The translations under genes were made by a program, and so were the position numbers. The notes below the pieces were generated by a model. That model had not been told where the DNA came from, did not search any database, and saw only the letters and a list, made by a program, of their open reading frames with translations. Positions 1 through 9,436 of a DNA stretch of 44,275 nt are shown piece after piece. Each line of letters starts with the position of its first letter. Position 1 is the stretch's first letter. The stretch comes from a virus: IMG/VR virus record IMGVR_UViG_3300031716_000019. One strand, 5' to 3'.

Positions 1-127
1 GCGACGATTACGGGCGGATCGATCACCGGGGTTATTCTCTCTTCGGCCAACGCGACGATTACGGGCGGATCGATCACCGGGGTTATTCTCTCTTCGGCCA
101 ACGCGACGATTACGGGCGGATCGATCA
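1..127 (+). repeat. 51-bp in-frame tandem repeat (2.5 copies) inside the tail fibre gene
   Basis: Units 1-51 and 52-102 are identical. A third copy at 103-127 diverges after 25 nt. The same units are seen at 44152-44275. Confidence 0.9.
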
Positions 128-873
128 ACAGCACGCCGATCGGTGCGACCACGCCGAGCACGGGTTCATTCACCAACCTGTCCGCAACGGGGACGCTGAC
201 GGGGTTCACCGGGCGGCTGCTCAACGTCCAAGTCTTTACATCGAGCGCCACGTACACGCCAACCCCCGGCACAGCGAAGATCATCGTCGAGGTGCAGGCA
301 CCGGGCGGCGGCAGCGGCGGGGTTGCAGCAACGTCGGCCGCACAGAGCGCAGTAAGTGCCCCAGGCGGGTCTGGTGCCTACGCGAAAGCGCTCATCACAG
401 CCGGGTTTGCTAACGCACCCGTCACGATCGGCGCGCCCGGAATCGCAGGCCCCGCGGGGAATAACCCGGGCGGCACGGGAGGCACGACATCGTTCGGCTC
501 GTTCGTTTCGTGCCCTGGCGGGAACGGTGGTAGCGGGGGGATCATGTGGGCCACACCAGTTGCTATCGGGTACACGATCGCCACCGCTGCCCCGACATTT
601 ACCGGCGTGGCGGTCACCATCGCCTCCGTACCCGGTGCGGCAAACCCAGCGTACGGGATAGTCCTCACCCCCGGAACACAAGCTGCCTCGAGCTCTGGAG
701 CGTCATCGGTCTTAGGCCAGGGCGGACAAGGGCGAGGCGGTGCGGGAACGGGAGGCGCCGGGGGCGGGTACGGCTCCGGTGGAGGCGCAAGTGTGAACAA
801 CGCATCCGCAGCCGCGGGGGTGGGAGCACCTGGCGCGCCTGCAAAAGTCATCGTCTACGAGTTCTCACAATGA
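1..873 (+). CDS. Tail fibre protein, C-terminal part (continuation of the ORF starting at 43933)
   Basis: Frame 1 is open from nt 1 with no start in this part. It joins in frame to 43933..44151 once the 124-nt overlap is collapsed. It has 17-aa ATITGGSITGVILSSAN repeats followed by a Gly-rich C-terminal domain. Stop is TGA at 871-873. Confidence 0.75.
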   Translation, partial: ATITGGSITGVILSSANATITGGSITGVILSSANATITGGSINSTPIGATTPSTGSFTNLSATGTLTGFTGRLLNVQVFTSSATYTPTPGTAKIIVEVQAPGGGSGGVAATSAAQSAVSAPGGSGAYAKALITAGFANAPVTIGAPGIAGPAGNNPGGTGGTTSFGSFVSCPGGNGGSGGIMWATPVAIGYTIATAAPTFTGVAVTIASVPGAANPAYGIVLTPGTQAASSSGASSVLGQGGQGRGGAGTGGAGGGYGSGGGASVNNASAAAGVGAPGAPAKVIVYEFSQ

Positions 874-1055
874 ACTACGCGATCATTCAAAACGGCGTCG
901 TGGTCAATACCGTCGTGTGGGACGGGCAAGCGGATTGGCAGCCCCCCGCCGACACGACGGTGGTTCAAATCCAGAACGGTACGGATGTCGGCATTGGCTC
1001 GACCTATGCCAATGGCGTATTCACCGCGCCGCCCGCGCCACCGGAGACGAATTAA
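870..1055 (+). CDS. Small conserved protein downstream of the tail fibre (61 aa)
   Basis: ATGA start/stop overlap with the tail fibre gene. Protein begins MNYAIIQNGVVVNTVVWDG. The location is typical of fibre-associated small proteins. No function is recognisable. Confidence 0.55.
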   Translation: MNYAIIQNGVVVNTVVWDGQADWQPPADTTVVQIQNGTDVGIGSTYANGVFTAPPAPPETN

Positions 1056-1058
1056 CCC

Positions 1059-1859
1059 ATGACCCTTCTCTACGCGAACAACGCGGCCGGAACCCTCGCC
1101 GCAGCCGTTGCGGTGGGCGACACATCGCTAACGCTGAATGCAGGGCAGGCTGCGGTCTTCCCGATCCCAACGACGACCGATAGTTTCTACGCGACCATCA
1201 CGGACGCGCTGACGCAGTCGTTCATCGAAATCGTGCTGGTGACGGCGGTCAACGGCAACGTGTTCAGTGTCACCCGCGCGCAGGATGGCACGACGGCACG
1301 CTCATGGAACGAGAACGACATCATCTCGCAGCGCATTGTGGCGGCCGAGGCGCGGCAATGGGCCGTGTCCGTGATCCCGAGCGGGATGATTACTCTATGG
1401 TCGGGCTCGCAAGCGTCTATCCCGGAAGGCTGGGTGCTTTGTAACGGACTAAACGGCACGCCGGACTTGCGCAACCGCTTCGTGGTCGGCTCCGGCGGCA
1501 ACGGTCAACCCCCTTACTACCCGGTAGGCGCAACCGGGGGCAATACCTCGATCACGCTGACGACGGCGCAGCTACCCGCGCATGCCCACGGTATCACTGA
1601 CGTAGAGCACACGCACACCTACGTCGACGACGGGCACGACCACACGATAGCCACGTACTCCGGATGGACCAACGGTGCCAACATCGACGGGACAGCGGAT
1701 GGCGGATTCGTTGGCAACAAAACGACTGGCGTATCGACCACGGGCATCAGCATTAACCCTTCGTACACCGGTATCACGACGACGCAAAATACCGGAACGG
1801 GCGCTGCGATTAGCATTCTGCCGCCGTATTACGCTCTTTGCTACATCATGAAAACTTAG
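1059..1859 (+). CDS. Tail fibre protein with phage tail collar-type C-terminal domain
   Basis: ORF track. Motifs ITLWSG..IPEGWVLCNG..TPDLRNRFVVG..LTTAQLPAHAHG, and the ending ILPPYYALCYIMKT, are characteristic of collar-domain (MdpB-like) fibre proteins. Confidence 0.85.
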   Translation: MTLLYANNAAGTLAAAVAVGDTSLTLNAGQAAVFPIPTTTDSFYATITDALTQSFIEIVLVTAVNGNVFSVTRAQDGTTARSWNENDIISQRIVAAEARQWAVSVIPSGMITLWSGSQASIPEGWVLCNGLNGTPDLRNRFVVGSGGNGQPPYYPVGATGGNTSITLTTAQLPAHAHGITDVEHTHTYVDDGHDHTIATYSGWTNGANIDGTADGGFVGNKTTGVSTTGISINPSYTGITTTQNTGTGAAISILPPYYALCYIMKT

Positions 1860-1868
1860 GACTCCTAA
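1856..1868. repeat. 13-bp dyad element copy A1 (TTAGGACTCCTAA)
   Basis: Perfect dyad. It spans the TAG stop of 1059..1859 and lies 3 nt before ATG 1872 (TTAGGACTCCTAACTAATG). Confidence 0.8.
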
Positions 1869-1871
1869 CTA

Positions 1872-2585
1872 ATGACGTCCTACACGTACTCTATCCCACG
1901 CGACACGCTGATCCAGGCAGCTTTCCGGCTGCTCGGACAGTTCAACGACGACACGCCCCCACCGCAGACCGACATCAACAACGCCGCGCAGGCGCTGAAC
2001 TTGATGATTAAGCAGTGGATGTCAAAGAACTATCCGCTGTGGTGCGTCACCGATGTGCCGTTCGTGGTCGTGCAGGGGCAGACGTCGTATCTGTGCGGCC
2101 CGACGTCGCCGACACCGGGGCTCAGCACATTTCGCCCTTTGCGCGTACCGCTCGCGCGGATACGCTACGCGAACACGGATCCGCAGCTCGAGGTGCCGCT
2201 AATCCAGCTTTCGCGGCAAGAGTACCTGCTGATGGGACAGAAGACCGCGCAGGGCACACCAAACTCGTACTACTATGACCCGCAGCTCGGCAACGGCGTG
2301 CTGTATCTGTTCCTGACGCCGGATGCAGAGCCCGATACCGTCATCATGACGTGCCAGCGGCCGATTGCCGACGTGCTGAACAGCACGGACAACTTCGATT
2401 TCCCGATCGAGTGGCTGAACGCGCTCAAGTACGGGTTGGCGAGCGAACTGATCACCGAATACTACGTTCCTGAAGCTGTCGCTTCGCGCATCGAGCGCCG
2501 CGCCGATAGCTACCTGAACGACATGCTGAACTGGGATCAGGAAGAAGCCCCGACGTTCTTCCAGCCGGATATGAGGCGCATGTAA
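1872..2585 (+). CDS. Virion structural protein (adaptor / tail tubular A-like, tentative)
   Basis: ORF track. It is tightly packed in the tail module. The assignment rests on position and size only. Confidence 0.45.
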   Translation: MTSYTYSIPRDTLIQAAFRLLGQFNDDTPPPQTDINNAAQALNLMIKQWMSKNYPLWCVTDVPFVVVQGQTSYLCGPTSPTPGLSTFRPLRVPLARIRYANTDPQLEVPLIQLSRQEYLLMGQKTAQGTPNSYYYDPQLGNGVLYLFLTPDAEPDTVIMTCQRPIADVLNSTDNFDFPIEWLNALKYGLASELITEYYVPEAVASRIERRADSYLNDMLNWDQEEAPTFFQPDMRRM

Positions 2586-4258
2586 TGGCCGAACCGACTC
2601 GCATACCCTTCGCGCAGACCATATCGACTCGGGACTCCACGATGGCGAAGGACGCCATTCTGTGGAACTACTATTCCACGAACAGCCCGGACGGCCGCAA
2701 GTTCACTGATCGGCGCTTCGGAGTATTTTCCGACTCGACCACGCCGTCGGTGCCCGCGGGGACCGCGCTCGGCCTATTCGCCTTCGGTACGCACCTCCTA
2801 GCGGTCGTCGGCACGACGTTCTACTCCGATGGTGTCGCGCACGGCACGGTCGATGGCACAAGTCAGTACCAGTTCACGCTGACGGGGGCCGGCGGGACCG
2901 CAGTGTTCCTGAAGAACAATACGAACGCGTATACGTGGGATGGCACGACGCTTACCGCTATCACCGACCCTAACTATCCCGCGGTTACGGTACCGGGCGT
3001 CGCGTACATGGACGGCTACGTGTTCGTGGTCGGCACGGCTGGCGCGGTATGGAACTCCAACCTGAACACGCCAGGCACTTGGAACGCGCTGAACTTCATC
3101 TTCGGTACGCAGTCGGGCGATCCGGGCGCAGCGGTGTCGCGGCTGTACAACTACGTCGTGCAGTTCGGCGCGAACAGCACGAATTTCTTCTGGGACGCCG
3201 GTAACACGCCCCCCGGCTCGCCGCTTCTACCGAATGTGTCGGCGGTGCTGAATGTCGGGTGCGCCGTCGGTACGTCGGTCGTTGCGACAGAGAACACGAT
3301 TTTCTGGGTCGGTCAGACGCACCAGAAGGGGCGCAGCGTCTACATGATGAATGGCCTGTCGCCGCAGCCCATCTCGGACCAGCACATCGACAAGGTACTC
3401 AATGCGGACCCGTTGACGGGCGTCTACGCATACTTCTTGAAGATCAACGGTCAAGCGTTCTACGTGCTCACGTTGACCGCGAGCAACGCAACGTTGGTGT
3501 ATAACGCCACGACGCACGAATGGGGCCGTTGGTCGAGCACGGCACTAGGCAAGACCATGAACGCATCGAACGCCGTGGTGAACGCAGGCGTCGTTACGCT
3601 CACGGTGCCTAACCACGGGCTTACGAATCCTTGCGTGATCCTCGTGGGAAGCACCAACACATCACCATCCTATCTCGGCACGTTTGTTCCGAATATAATC
3701 GACGCGAACACGCTCAGTTACCCGGTAAATACGATTCTCGTTGGCGGTTTGGATAGCAGCCCGATCAACTCGCGCGCGATCAACGCCGATTCCGTTACCA
3801 ACAGCGCGAACGTCGGGTTTGGGCAGATGACCGTAACACCGTACGTGCAGAATTATTTCGCGCAGGTCTTTTACGCCTTTGCGAACAATACCGACTACCT
3901 GCTCGGCGCCACGGACGGAAAAGTCTATCAGATGCGGCAGGGTGTTTCGAGCGATAACGGACAGTTTATTTACGGGCTGCTGCGCACGAATGCCGGCGAT
4001 TTCGGTTCAAACCGCATGAAATTTTTCTCGCGGCTTGAGGTAATCGGCGATAAGGTATCCGATACGGCGTATTTGGGCTACTCGGATAATGACTTCGCGA
4101 GCTTTGGTGCGTTTCGACCGGTCAATCTGCACTCTGCGCGCTCGCTGATCCGAAGAGCGGGCGCCGCACGCCGTAGATCGTTCGCACTCCTATATATCGG
4201 GGGCTTTCAGGCGCGGTTTTATGACTTGGAGATCGACGTTATGGAAGGCCCGCAATGA
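2585..4258 (+). CDS. Virion structural protein (nozzle / tail tubular B-like, tentative)
   Basis: 557-aa ORF with a TAATG overlap to the upstream gene. Repetitive beta-rich sequence. The assignment is positional. Confidence 0.45.
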   Translation: MAEPTRIPFAQTISTRDSTMAKDAILWNYYSTNSPDGRKFTDRRFGVFSDSTTPSVPAGTALGLFAFGTHLLAVVGTTFYSDGVAHGTVDGTSQYQFTLTGAGGTAVFLKNNTNAYTWDGTTLTAITDPNYPAVTVPGVAYMDGYVFVVGTAGAVWNSNLNTPGTWNALNFIFGTQSGDPGAAVSRLYNYVVQFGANSTNFFWDAGNTPPGSPLLPNVSAVLNVGCAVGTSVVATENTIFWVGQTHQKGRSVYMMNGLSPQPISDQHIDKVLNADPLTGVYAYFLKINGQAFYVLTLTASNATLVYNATTHEWGRWSSTALGKTMNASNAVVNAGVVTLTVPNHGLTNPCVILVGSTNTSPSYLGTFVPNIIDANTLSYPVNTILVGGLDSSPINSRAINADSVTNSANVGFGQMTVTPYVQNYFAQVFYAFANNTDYLLGATDGKVYQMRQGVSSDNGQFIYGLLRTNAGDFGSNRMKFFSRLEVIGDKVSDTAYLGYSDNDFASFGAFRPVNLHSARSLIRRAGAARRRSFALLYIGGFQARFYDLEIDVMEGPQ

Positions 4259-4635
4259 CGAACGCCGTTTTGTATAACGGGCAGTGGGTGCAGAAGGTGC
4301 ACCAGCCGGACGATTTCTTCGCCGAGGACGGGAACATCTTCGTCAAACGCGTTTTGCTCGAGAAGGCTGGCGATCACACGTACGGGCACTCGCATCGGTA
4401 CAGTCACATGAGCCTGCTGACAAACGGCAAGATGCTCGTTGAAGTGGAAGGCGAGCCGCCGACGATCTACGCCGCGCCAGCCTTTATGCACATAAGCGCC
4501 GAGAAGCACCACAAGATGACCGCGCTTGAAGACGGCACGATGTCTTTCTGCGTCCACGACACGCACGGCTTGCCGATTGAAGACTTGGCAGACCCTTTCG
4601 TGCCGGCTGAAATGCGAGGTAAGCATGCTGCGTAG
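4255..4635 (+). CDS. Hypothetical virion-module protein (His-rich, cupin-like pattern)
   Basis: ATGA overlap with the upstream gene. The GDHTYGHSHRYSH and EKHHKM motifs suggest a small metal-binding beta-barrel. Weak inference. Confidence 0.45.
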   Translation: MTNAVLYNGQWVQKVHQPDDFFAEDGNIFVKRVLLEKAGDHTYGHSHRYSHMSLLTNGKMLVEVEGEPPTIYAAPAFMHISAEKHHKMTALEDGTMSFCVHDTHGLPIEDLADPFVPAEMRGKHAA

Positions 4636-5311
4636 CCTGATTCAATTCCTGCTGTGGCCGAGCCAGCTTAAGTTTTTCGGGAGCATTTTCGGCTCGGGTT
4701 CGAACAGCTCGCAAAGCCAAAGCAGCACCAGCAACACGACCAATACGACGGGATTTTCGCAATACTTCCCGCAGTTCGCGCAGCAGCTCGCGAGCTTGGC
4801 CGGTGGCGGGACTTTCGGCAATGCGACGCCGTCGAGCATCAATCCGGGGCTCACGAGCGCGCTGAACGGTTCGTCGATCGGCTCGCAGTTGATGGGCCTC
4901 GTCAGCAACCCGAGCAGCATCTACTCGACACCGCAGTATCAGGCCGCGTTCAACCAAGGGCAGAGCGCGGTGAACAGCACGCTCGCCGCACAGGGGCTGA
5001 ACGCATCGGGCAACCAGTTAGCCGCACTGCAGAGCTACGGGCAGTCGTTTGGGCAGAACGCCTATAACCAGCAGCTTTCGCAGCTGTCGGGCTTGTACGG
5101 CCAATCGCTCGGCGCCAACCAGCAGGCATTCAGCCAAGGGCAAAGCGCGCAGCAACAGGCCTTCCAACAACTCGCAGCGCTATCAGGCCTGAACTACACG
5201 ACAGGCTCGTCGAGCACGAGCACTGGTACGGGCAGCGGCAGCACGACGAACAACCCGAGCATTATGAGCGACCTCGGCAGCGTGGCGGGCCTCGCGGATA
5301 TGCTCTTCTAA
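4625..5311 (+). CDS. Internal virion protein candidate (S/Q/N-rich, N-terminal hydrophobic segment)
   Basis: In-frame ATG at 4625 within track ORF 4526..5311, overlapping the stop of the previous gene. Low-complexity Q/S/N-rich sequence precedes the transglycosylase gene, as in podovirus core proteins. Confidence 0.55.
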   Translation: MLRSLIQFLLWPSQLKFFGSIFGSGSNSSQSQSSTSNTTNTTGFSQYFPQFAQQLASLAGGGTFGNATPSSINPGLTSALNGSSIGSQLMGLVSNPSSIYSTPQYQAAFNQGQSAVNSTLAAQGLNASGNQLAALQSYGQSFGQNAYNQQLSQLSGLYGQSLGANQQAFSQGQSAQQQAFQQLAALSGLNYTTGSSSTSTGTGSGSTTNNPSIMSDLGSVAGLADMLF

Positions 5312-5323
5312 CGGGAGTTGACT

Positions 5324-7300
5324 ATGCCCAGCTGGCAAGATCCGAGCGGCGGCGGTCTACTGTCCCGCATCGTAAACTGGAAAGCGAACAACGACTACGC
5401 GCAGCAGATGCACGCGCAGAATCTGGCCGGCGCGCAGTTGGCGAACCAGGCGCAGTTTCTGCAAAATCAGCAAGCCGCGCAGCAACTGCAGAACGCCGAC
5501 CTGACGCATAAGTATTGGGTGGGTGCGCTGCAGCCCGATGGCGGCGCCGCACCGTCTGCACCCAATCAACCGGCCGGGGCGGGAGCGCTCGCGGCTGCGG
5601 GTAGTGGGCAGAGCGCCAAGGCGCCCGCCGCGCCGCAGGGAGCGATGTCGCTTACGCAGCTCGCATCGCTCGATAGCAAATACGGACTGCCGACCGGGAC
5701 CGCCTACGGGATGATGTCCGCAGAGTCGAGCGGCAACCCGAATGCGGTATCGAAGAAAGGCGCGCAGGGCTTATTCCAGGTCATGCCGTCGACGGCCGCC
5801 GATCCCGGATACGGGCTTAAGCCGTTCGACCCGAAAGACCCTGACGGCGCGATGCGCTACTTCAGCATGCTCTACAAGCAGGCCGGCGGCGATATGTCGA
5901 AGGCGCTCCAAATGTGGAACGCCGGCCCCAAGGGTAACCCGAACAACCCCGAGACGCAGGGTTTCGTGCCCAAGGTACTGAAGGGCATGCAGCAGTTCGC
6001 GGGGGCTCACGGGCTCGATCAGGCGAAACAGCAGCCTACCCCTGCCGATCACATCGCGGCGCAAGAGTCGGCGGGCGTTGACGTGCCCGTGACAGCGTAC
6101 CAGCAAGCAACGCAGGCACAAGGGCACCAGATCCAGACGATGCTTCGCGCTGCGAAGGCGGCCGATCAAGACGGGCACCCTGAGCTCGCGCAGAACTTCT
6201 ACGCGCAGGCCGACAAGCTGCAAGGCTCGATGGCAGACCTGCAGAAGAAGGGGCTCGACGCGCAGAAAGAGGCGAACGACGAGACAGCGAAGCTCGCGGC
6301 CGGCGTCAAAGACCAGTCGAGCTACGACAACTTCCGTGCGCAGGTTGCGCAGAACCCCGCGATGCAAGTCGCTACGCGCGGCCTGGGATTGACTGGCGAC
6401 TACGGCACCGATCAGCAGAAGATGCAGACGCTGGCCGATCGTACGATGACGCTGAAGGATCAGGGCGACCTCGCGATCAAGCAAGGCGAGCTGCAAGTTA
6501 AGCAGGATCAGGAGCGCCGCGCGCAGGCGAAGGAAGATCAGGCGAAGGCCTTTACCAGCCAAGCGCAGGTTGCGGACGTCGCCCGCCGCAATGACCTCGC
6601 AGGCCAGGGCATTCCGTTCGCCCCATCGATCGCGGCGACGGCGCCGCCCGGCACCTCGCCCCAGCAGATCCAGCAGGCGCAACAGAGGGTTGACGCACAA
6701 AATGCGGCGTATGACAAAGCAAATGCACCGGCCATGAAGGCCGCAAGGGAGGGGGCAGACCTTGCGGCGAAAGTGTACGTCGCGCTCGATACGGGCGCCG
6801 TTAGCACAGGCGGCTGGGCTACTACCTTCGCGGATAAGCATCTTGGCAACTGGGCGTTGTCGCAGAACCAGCAGGAGTTCAACAAAGACACCGGGCAGAT
6901 GGTCATGGAAATGGCGCAGGCGGCTGGCGCAAACGGTGCGGCGCGCTCCACGATGACAGCCGCGATGAACAAGATCATTACCCAAATAAAACCGAACGTC
7001 ACGATGGATCCGGAGGCTAATAAAAATGTCGCGCGCCAGCTTTACGCTGGTCTGGCAGCGCAGCGCGAAATGGATAAGTTCATCGACCAGTTCCGTCAGT
7101 CGAACCCTGATGCAACCGCGCAGTCTGGCGTGCTCATGTGGAGGCGGTACGAGCAAGCGGCCGGCCCGTCACAGATTAAAGACCCCGCCACCGGGAAGCT
7201 GGTCCCGAACATGGCGATGATCCCGACGTTTGAGGACGGCACGCCGAACACTGGCTACAAAGACCCCAAGCGCTTTTTCATGAACGGGGGGAAGTTCTAA
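5324..7300 (+). CDS. Internal virion protein with soluble lytic transglycosylase (SLT) domain
   Basis: The motif block AESSGNPNAVSKKGAQGLFQVMPSTA is the SLT catalytic signature. It is followed by a long coiled-coil/Q-rich region. ATG at 5324 (TTG at 5318 is also possible). Confidence 0.85.
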   Translation: MPSWQDPSGGGLLSRIVNWKANNDYAQQMHAQNLAGAQLANQAQFLQNQQAAQQLQNADLTHKYWVGALQPDGGAAPSAPNQPAGAGALAAAGSGQSAKAPAAPQGAMSLTQLASLDSKYGLPTGTAYGMMSAESSGNPNAVSKKGAQGLFQVMPSTAADPGYGLKPFDPKDPDGAMRYFSMLYKQAGGDMSKALQMWNAGPKGNPNNPETQGFVPKVLKGMQQFAGAHGLDQAKQQPTPADHIAAQESAGVDVPVTAYQQATQAQGHQIQTMLRAAKAADQDGHPELAQNFYAQADKLQGSMADLQKKGLDAQKEANDETAKLAAGVKDQSSYDNFRAQVAQNPAMQVATRGLGLTGDYGTDQQKMQTLADRTMTLKDQGDLAIKQGELQVKQDQERRAQAKEDQAKAFTSQAQVADVARRNDLAGQGIPFAPSIAATAPPGTSPQQIQQAQQRVDAQNAAYDKANAPAMKAAREGADLAAKVYVALDTGAVSTGGWATTFADKHLGNWALSQNQQEFNKDTGQMVMEMAQAAGANGAARSTMTAAMNKIITQIKPNVTMDPEANKNVARQLYAGLAAQREMDKFIDQFRQSNPDATAQSGVLMWRRYEQAAGPSQIKDPATGKLVPNMAMIPTFEDGTPNTGYKDPKRFFMNGGKF

Positions 7301-9277
7301 ATGGCTAACGACGACAACAACTATCAAGGCGGCGACCCGCGCGTAGCTCAGATCGTGCGCGCAACGCCCGACCAAATTGCAGCCTATGACCGGGCGCACC
7401 CAGAGCCGACGAGCGCTGTCAAAGTGGATAGCACCGGCCGCCCGACAACAGGCACCGCCCCTCGACAGGTGATGAGCGCCACCGATCCGAAAGGGCTTGG
7501 TGCTAAAGTTCTACAGTCAGCGACTTTCGGCTTCGGCGCGGACGCTGCGGGCGCGCTGCTCGGTAAGCGCAGGGAACAGGAAATCCGACAGCTCGAGCAG
7601 GACTACGATAACCAGCACCCACTGGCATCCTTCGGTATCGATCTAGCTGTAGCTGGCGCAACTATGCCCTTGTTCGGCGCGGGTGAGGCGAAGCTTGCAG
7701 CGACCGGCGCGAGGCTCGCCGGCCGGGCGGTCCCCGCTGCTGGCGACGCTGTGCGCGCAGTGAGCCCCTTACAGGGCGCCGCGCGGGCGGTGGGTGGCGG
7801 GGCAGCGTACGGTGCGGCGCAAGGCGCTGGGTCTGGCGGCACGATGGGCGAGCGCGTATCGAAAGCGGAGAAAGGTGCCATCGTTGGCGGAGCGCTCGGC
7901 GGAGTAGCCGCAGGCATAACGAAGGGTGCGACCCCGTTCCTCGAGAAGACTGGCTTAGTGTCGCCGACTCCGGGAGCGCTCTCTGCGCTACAGGCAGCGC
8001 TGAAAAAAGACGGAAAGTCGCTAAAGGATCTGAATCAGTTCCTCGCTAAGAATCCCGGTAAGCGTGCGGCCGACTTCTCGCCCTCGGTAGCGAAGGTGGT
8101 AAGCACGGCCGGGGCAGTCAGCCCCAAAACAAACCAAGCACTCGGTGACGCTATTCGGGGTGACGCTGCAGGCCAAGCAGACCGAATTATGGGTGGCGTG
8201 GAGGCTACCCGTCTGGTGCAGCGTAGCCCAGCCGCATCGCTCGACAAGATAAAGCAGGAAATGAGCGATCACATTGACAAGCTGGCGGCCGACACGAAGC
8301 AAACTTACGGTAAGGCATACGGTGAGATCATGCCGGTATCGCCAGAGCTGCAGAAGGTGCTTGACCATCCCGAGGTGAATCCGATTCTGCAGCAGAAGCT
8401 GACCGACTACCACAACACACGACTGCTAGGCACAGGCCCGCAATCGAAAGCGCCGAAGTACAAAGTGGGAGCCGAACTGCCGGTATCCGTGCTCGACGAC
8501 TTGCAGAAGGCCGTAGGCGCTGCGGCGAAGGACGAAGGCGTGGGAACGGCGCGGGCAGGCGTACTCCAAGCAGCGCAACGCCAGCTGAAAGAGCACCAGT
8601 CCGGTACGATCGTCAACGCGCAAGCGCTGGCCGCCCGCCTCGGCGGCGACGAAGGGCGGATGTCCGGCATTATCGGCGCGCAAACGTGGGGGAGCAATTT
8701 TGCGTTCGGCAGGAAAGCAGCCGACCCCGAGGCGTGGGAGCGAATCAAGGACTCACCTGAGATGGTGCAATACGCTCGGCTAGGCATGCTCGACGGGCTT
8801 GGAAAGTACCTAGACGAGCACACCCGTATGGGCGATGGCGCGCTCACGAAGATTGCCGACAAGCTGAAAACCCCGCAAGTAACGGATGTGCTCGGCAAAA
8901 AGACCGCGAACGATGTGCGCAAGATATTCGAGACCGAAGCAACCCGCGCGCGCACGAGCGCATCGATGGACCGAAGCAGCGTTCGGCCCTCCGATCAAGA
9001 CGATGGTGCAGAGACTGCGATCCATGCGGTAAAGGTGGCAGCGGGCGGTCCCGTGCGTGCGACGCTGGGCGCGATCAAACTGCTGACAGGCTACGGAATG
9101 AGCGAGAAGCAAGCGCTCAGGCTTATAGAAATAGCTGGCCAGCCGGGCGGGATGGCGAAACTGCAATCTATGGGCGCCACGCCGAAAGTCATGAAAGCGA
9201 TAGACGATGCCTTCCAAAATCGAGGAAAGATTGCCGGCCGTGCGGGAACCCAGCAAGATATCAAAGGGAGCCGATAG
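7301..9277 (+). CDS. Large internal virion / DNA ejection protein candidate
   Basis: 658-aa ORF starting 1 nt after the stop of the SLT gene. Ala/Gly-rich. The assignment is positional. Confidence 0.55.
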   Translation: MANDDNNYQGGDPRVAQIVRATPDQIAAYDRAHPEPTSAVKVDSTGRPTTGTAPRQVMSATDPKGLGAKVLQSATFGFGADAAGALLGKRREQEIRQLEQDYDNQHPLASFGIDLAVAGATMPLFGAGEAKLAATGARLAGRAVPAAGDAVRAVSPLQGAARAVGGGAAYGAAQGAGSGGTMGERVSKAEKGAIVGGALGGVAAGITKGATPFLEKTGLVSPTPGALSALQAALKKDGKSLKDLNQFLAKNPGKRAADFSPSVAKVVSTAGAVSPKTNQALGDAIRGDAAGQADRIMGGVEATRLVQRSPAASLDKIKQEMSDHIDKLAADTKQTYGKAYGEIMPVSPELQKVLDHPEVNPILQQKLTDYHNTRLLGTGPQSKAPKYKVGAELPVSVLDDLQKAVGAAAKDEGVGTARAGVLQAAQRQLKEHQSGTIVNAQALAARLGGDEGRMSGIIGAQTWGSNFAFGRKAADPEAWERIKDSPEMVQYARLGMLDGLGKYLDEHTRMGDGALTKIADKLKTPQVTDVLGKKTANDVRKIFETEATRARTSASMDRSSVRPSDQDDGAETAIHAVKVAAGGPVRATLGAIKLLTGYGMSEKQALRLIEIAGQPGGMAKLQSMGATPKVMKAIDDAFQNRGKIAGRAGTQQDIKGSR

Positions 9278-9302
9278 CGCGACCGGCGCTGAAAGAGTAA
9301 GG

Positions 9303-9377
9303 CTAGGATTCTAGTACTGCGGCGATTACGCCGATGACGAACCAAGCAATGAGTATTCCGCCAGCGATCGTGAGCAT
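9303..9377 (-). CDS. 24-aa hydrophobic peptide (MLTIAGGILIAWFVIGVIAAVLES)
   Basis: Hand translation. SD AGGAGA lies 6 nt upstream of the ATG. A sigma70-like promoter lies at 9402-9429. The gene is convergent with the end of 7301..9277. Confidence 0.4.
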   Translation of the reverse strand: MLTIAGGILIAWFVIGVIAAVLES

Positions 9378-9401
9378 GATGTTCTCCTGCTAGATGCCGC
9401 A

Positions 9402-9429
9402 AGCATAGCAATTGCGAAATACGTGTCAA
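9402..9429 (-). promoter_or_regulatory. Sigma70-like promoter with conserved spacer element (TTGACA-N16-TATGCT)
   Basis: -35 is the reverse complement of 9424-9429 and -10 the reverse complement of 9402-9407. The spacer contains TTTCGCAATTGC (9408-9419). Confidence 0.5.
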
Positions 9430-9436
9430 GGCCAAA

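Noticed and set aside
1-127. The 51-bp repeats as a CRISPR array or as true direct terminal repeats.
   Set aside because: The units are contiguous (no spacers), in frame, and translate to a 17-aa fibre repeat. The end duplication breaks the reading frame unless collapsed, which indicates an assembly overlap of a circular or permuted genome.
1-1859. Diversity-generating retroelement (expected if the phage is BPP-1-like) targeting the tail fibre genes.
   Set aside because: No reverse-transcriptase-like ORF is present anywhere in the window, and no template/variable repeat pair was seen. The fibre C-termini are Gly-rich or collar-type, not C-type-lectin-like.
5771-7156. Long antisense ORFs. Examples: 5771..7156 (-) 461 aa, 9467..10615 (-) 382 aa, 32901..34391 (-) 496 aa, 34661..35620 (-) 319 aa, 25973..26956 (-) 327 aa.
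   Set aside because: They are Arg/Leu/His-rich shadow frames opposite clearly recognisable genes (SLT protein, ATP-grasp, terL, portal, primase). This is typical of stop-poor frames in high-GC DNA.
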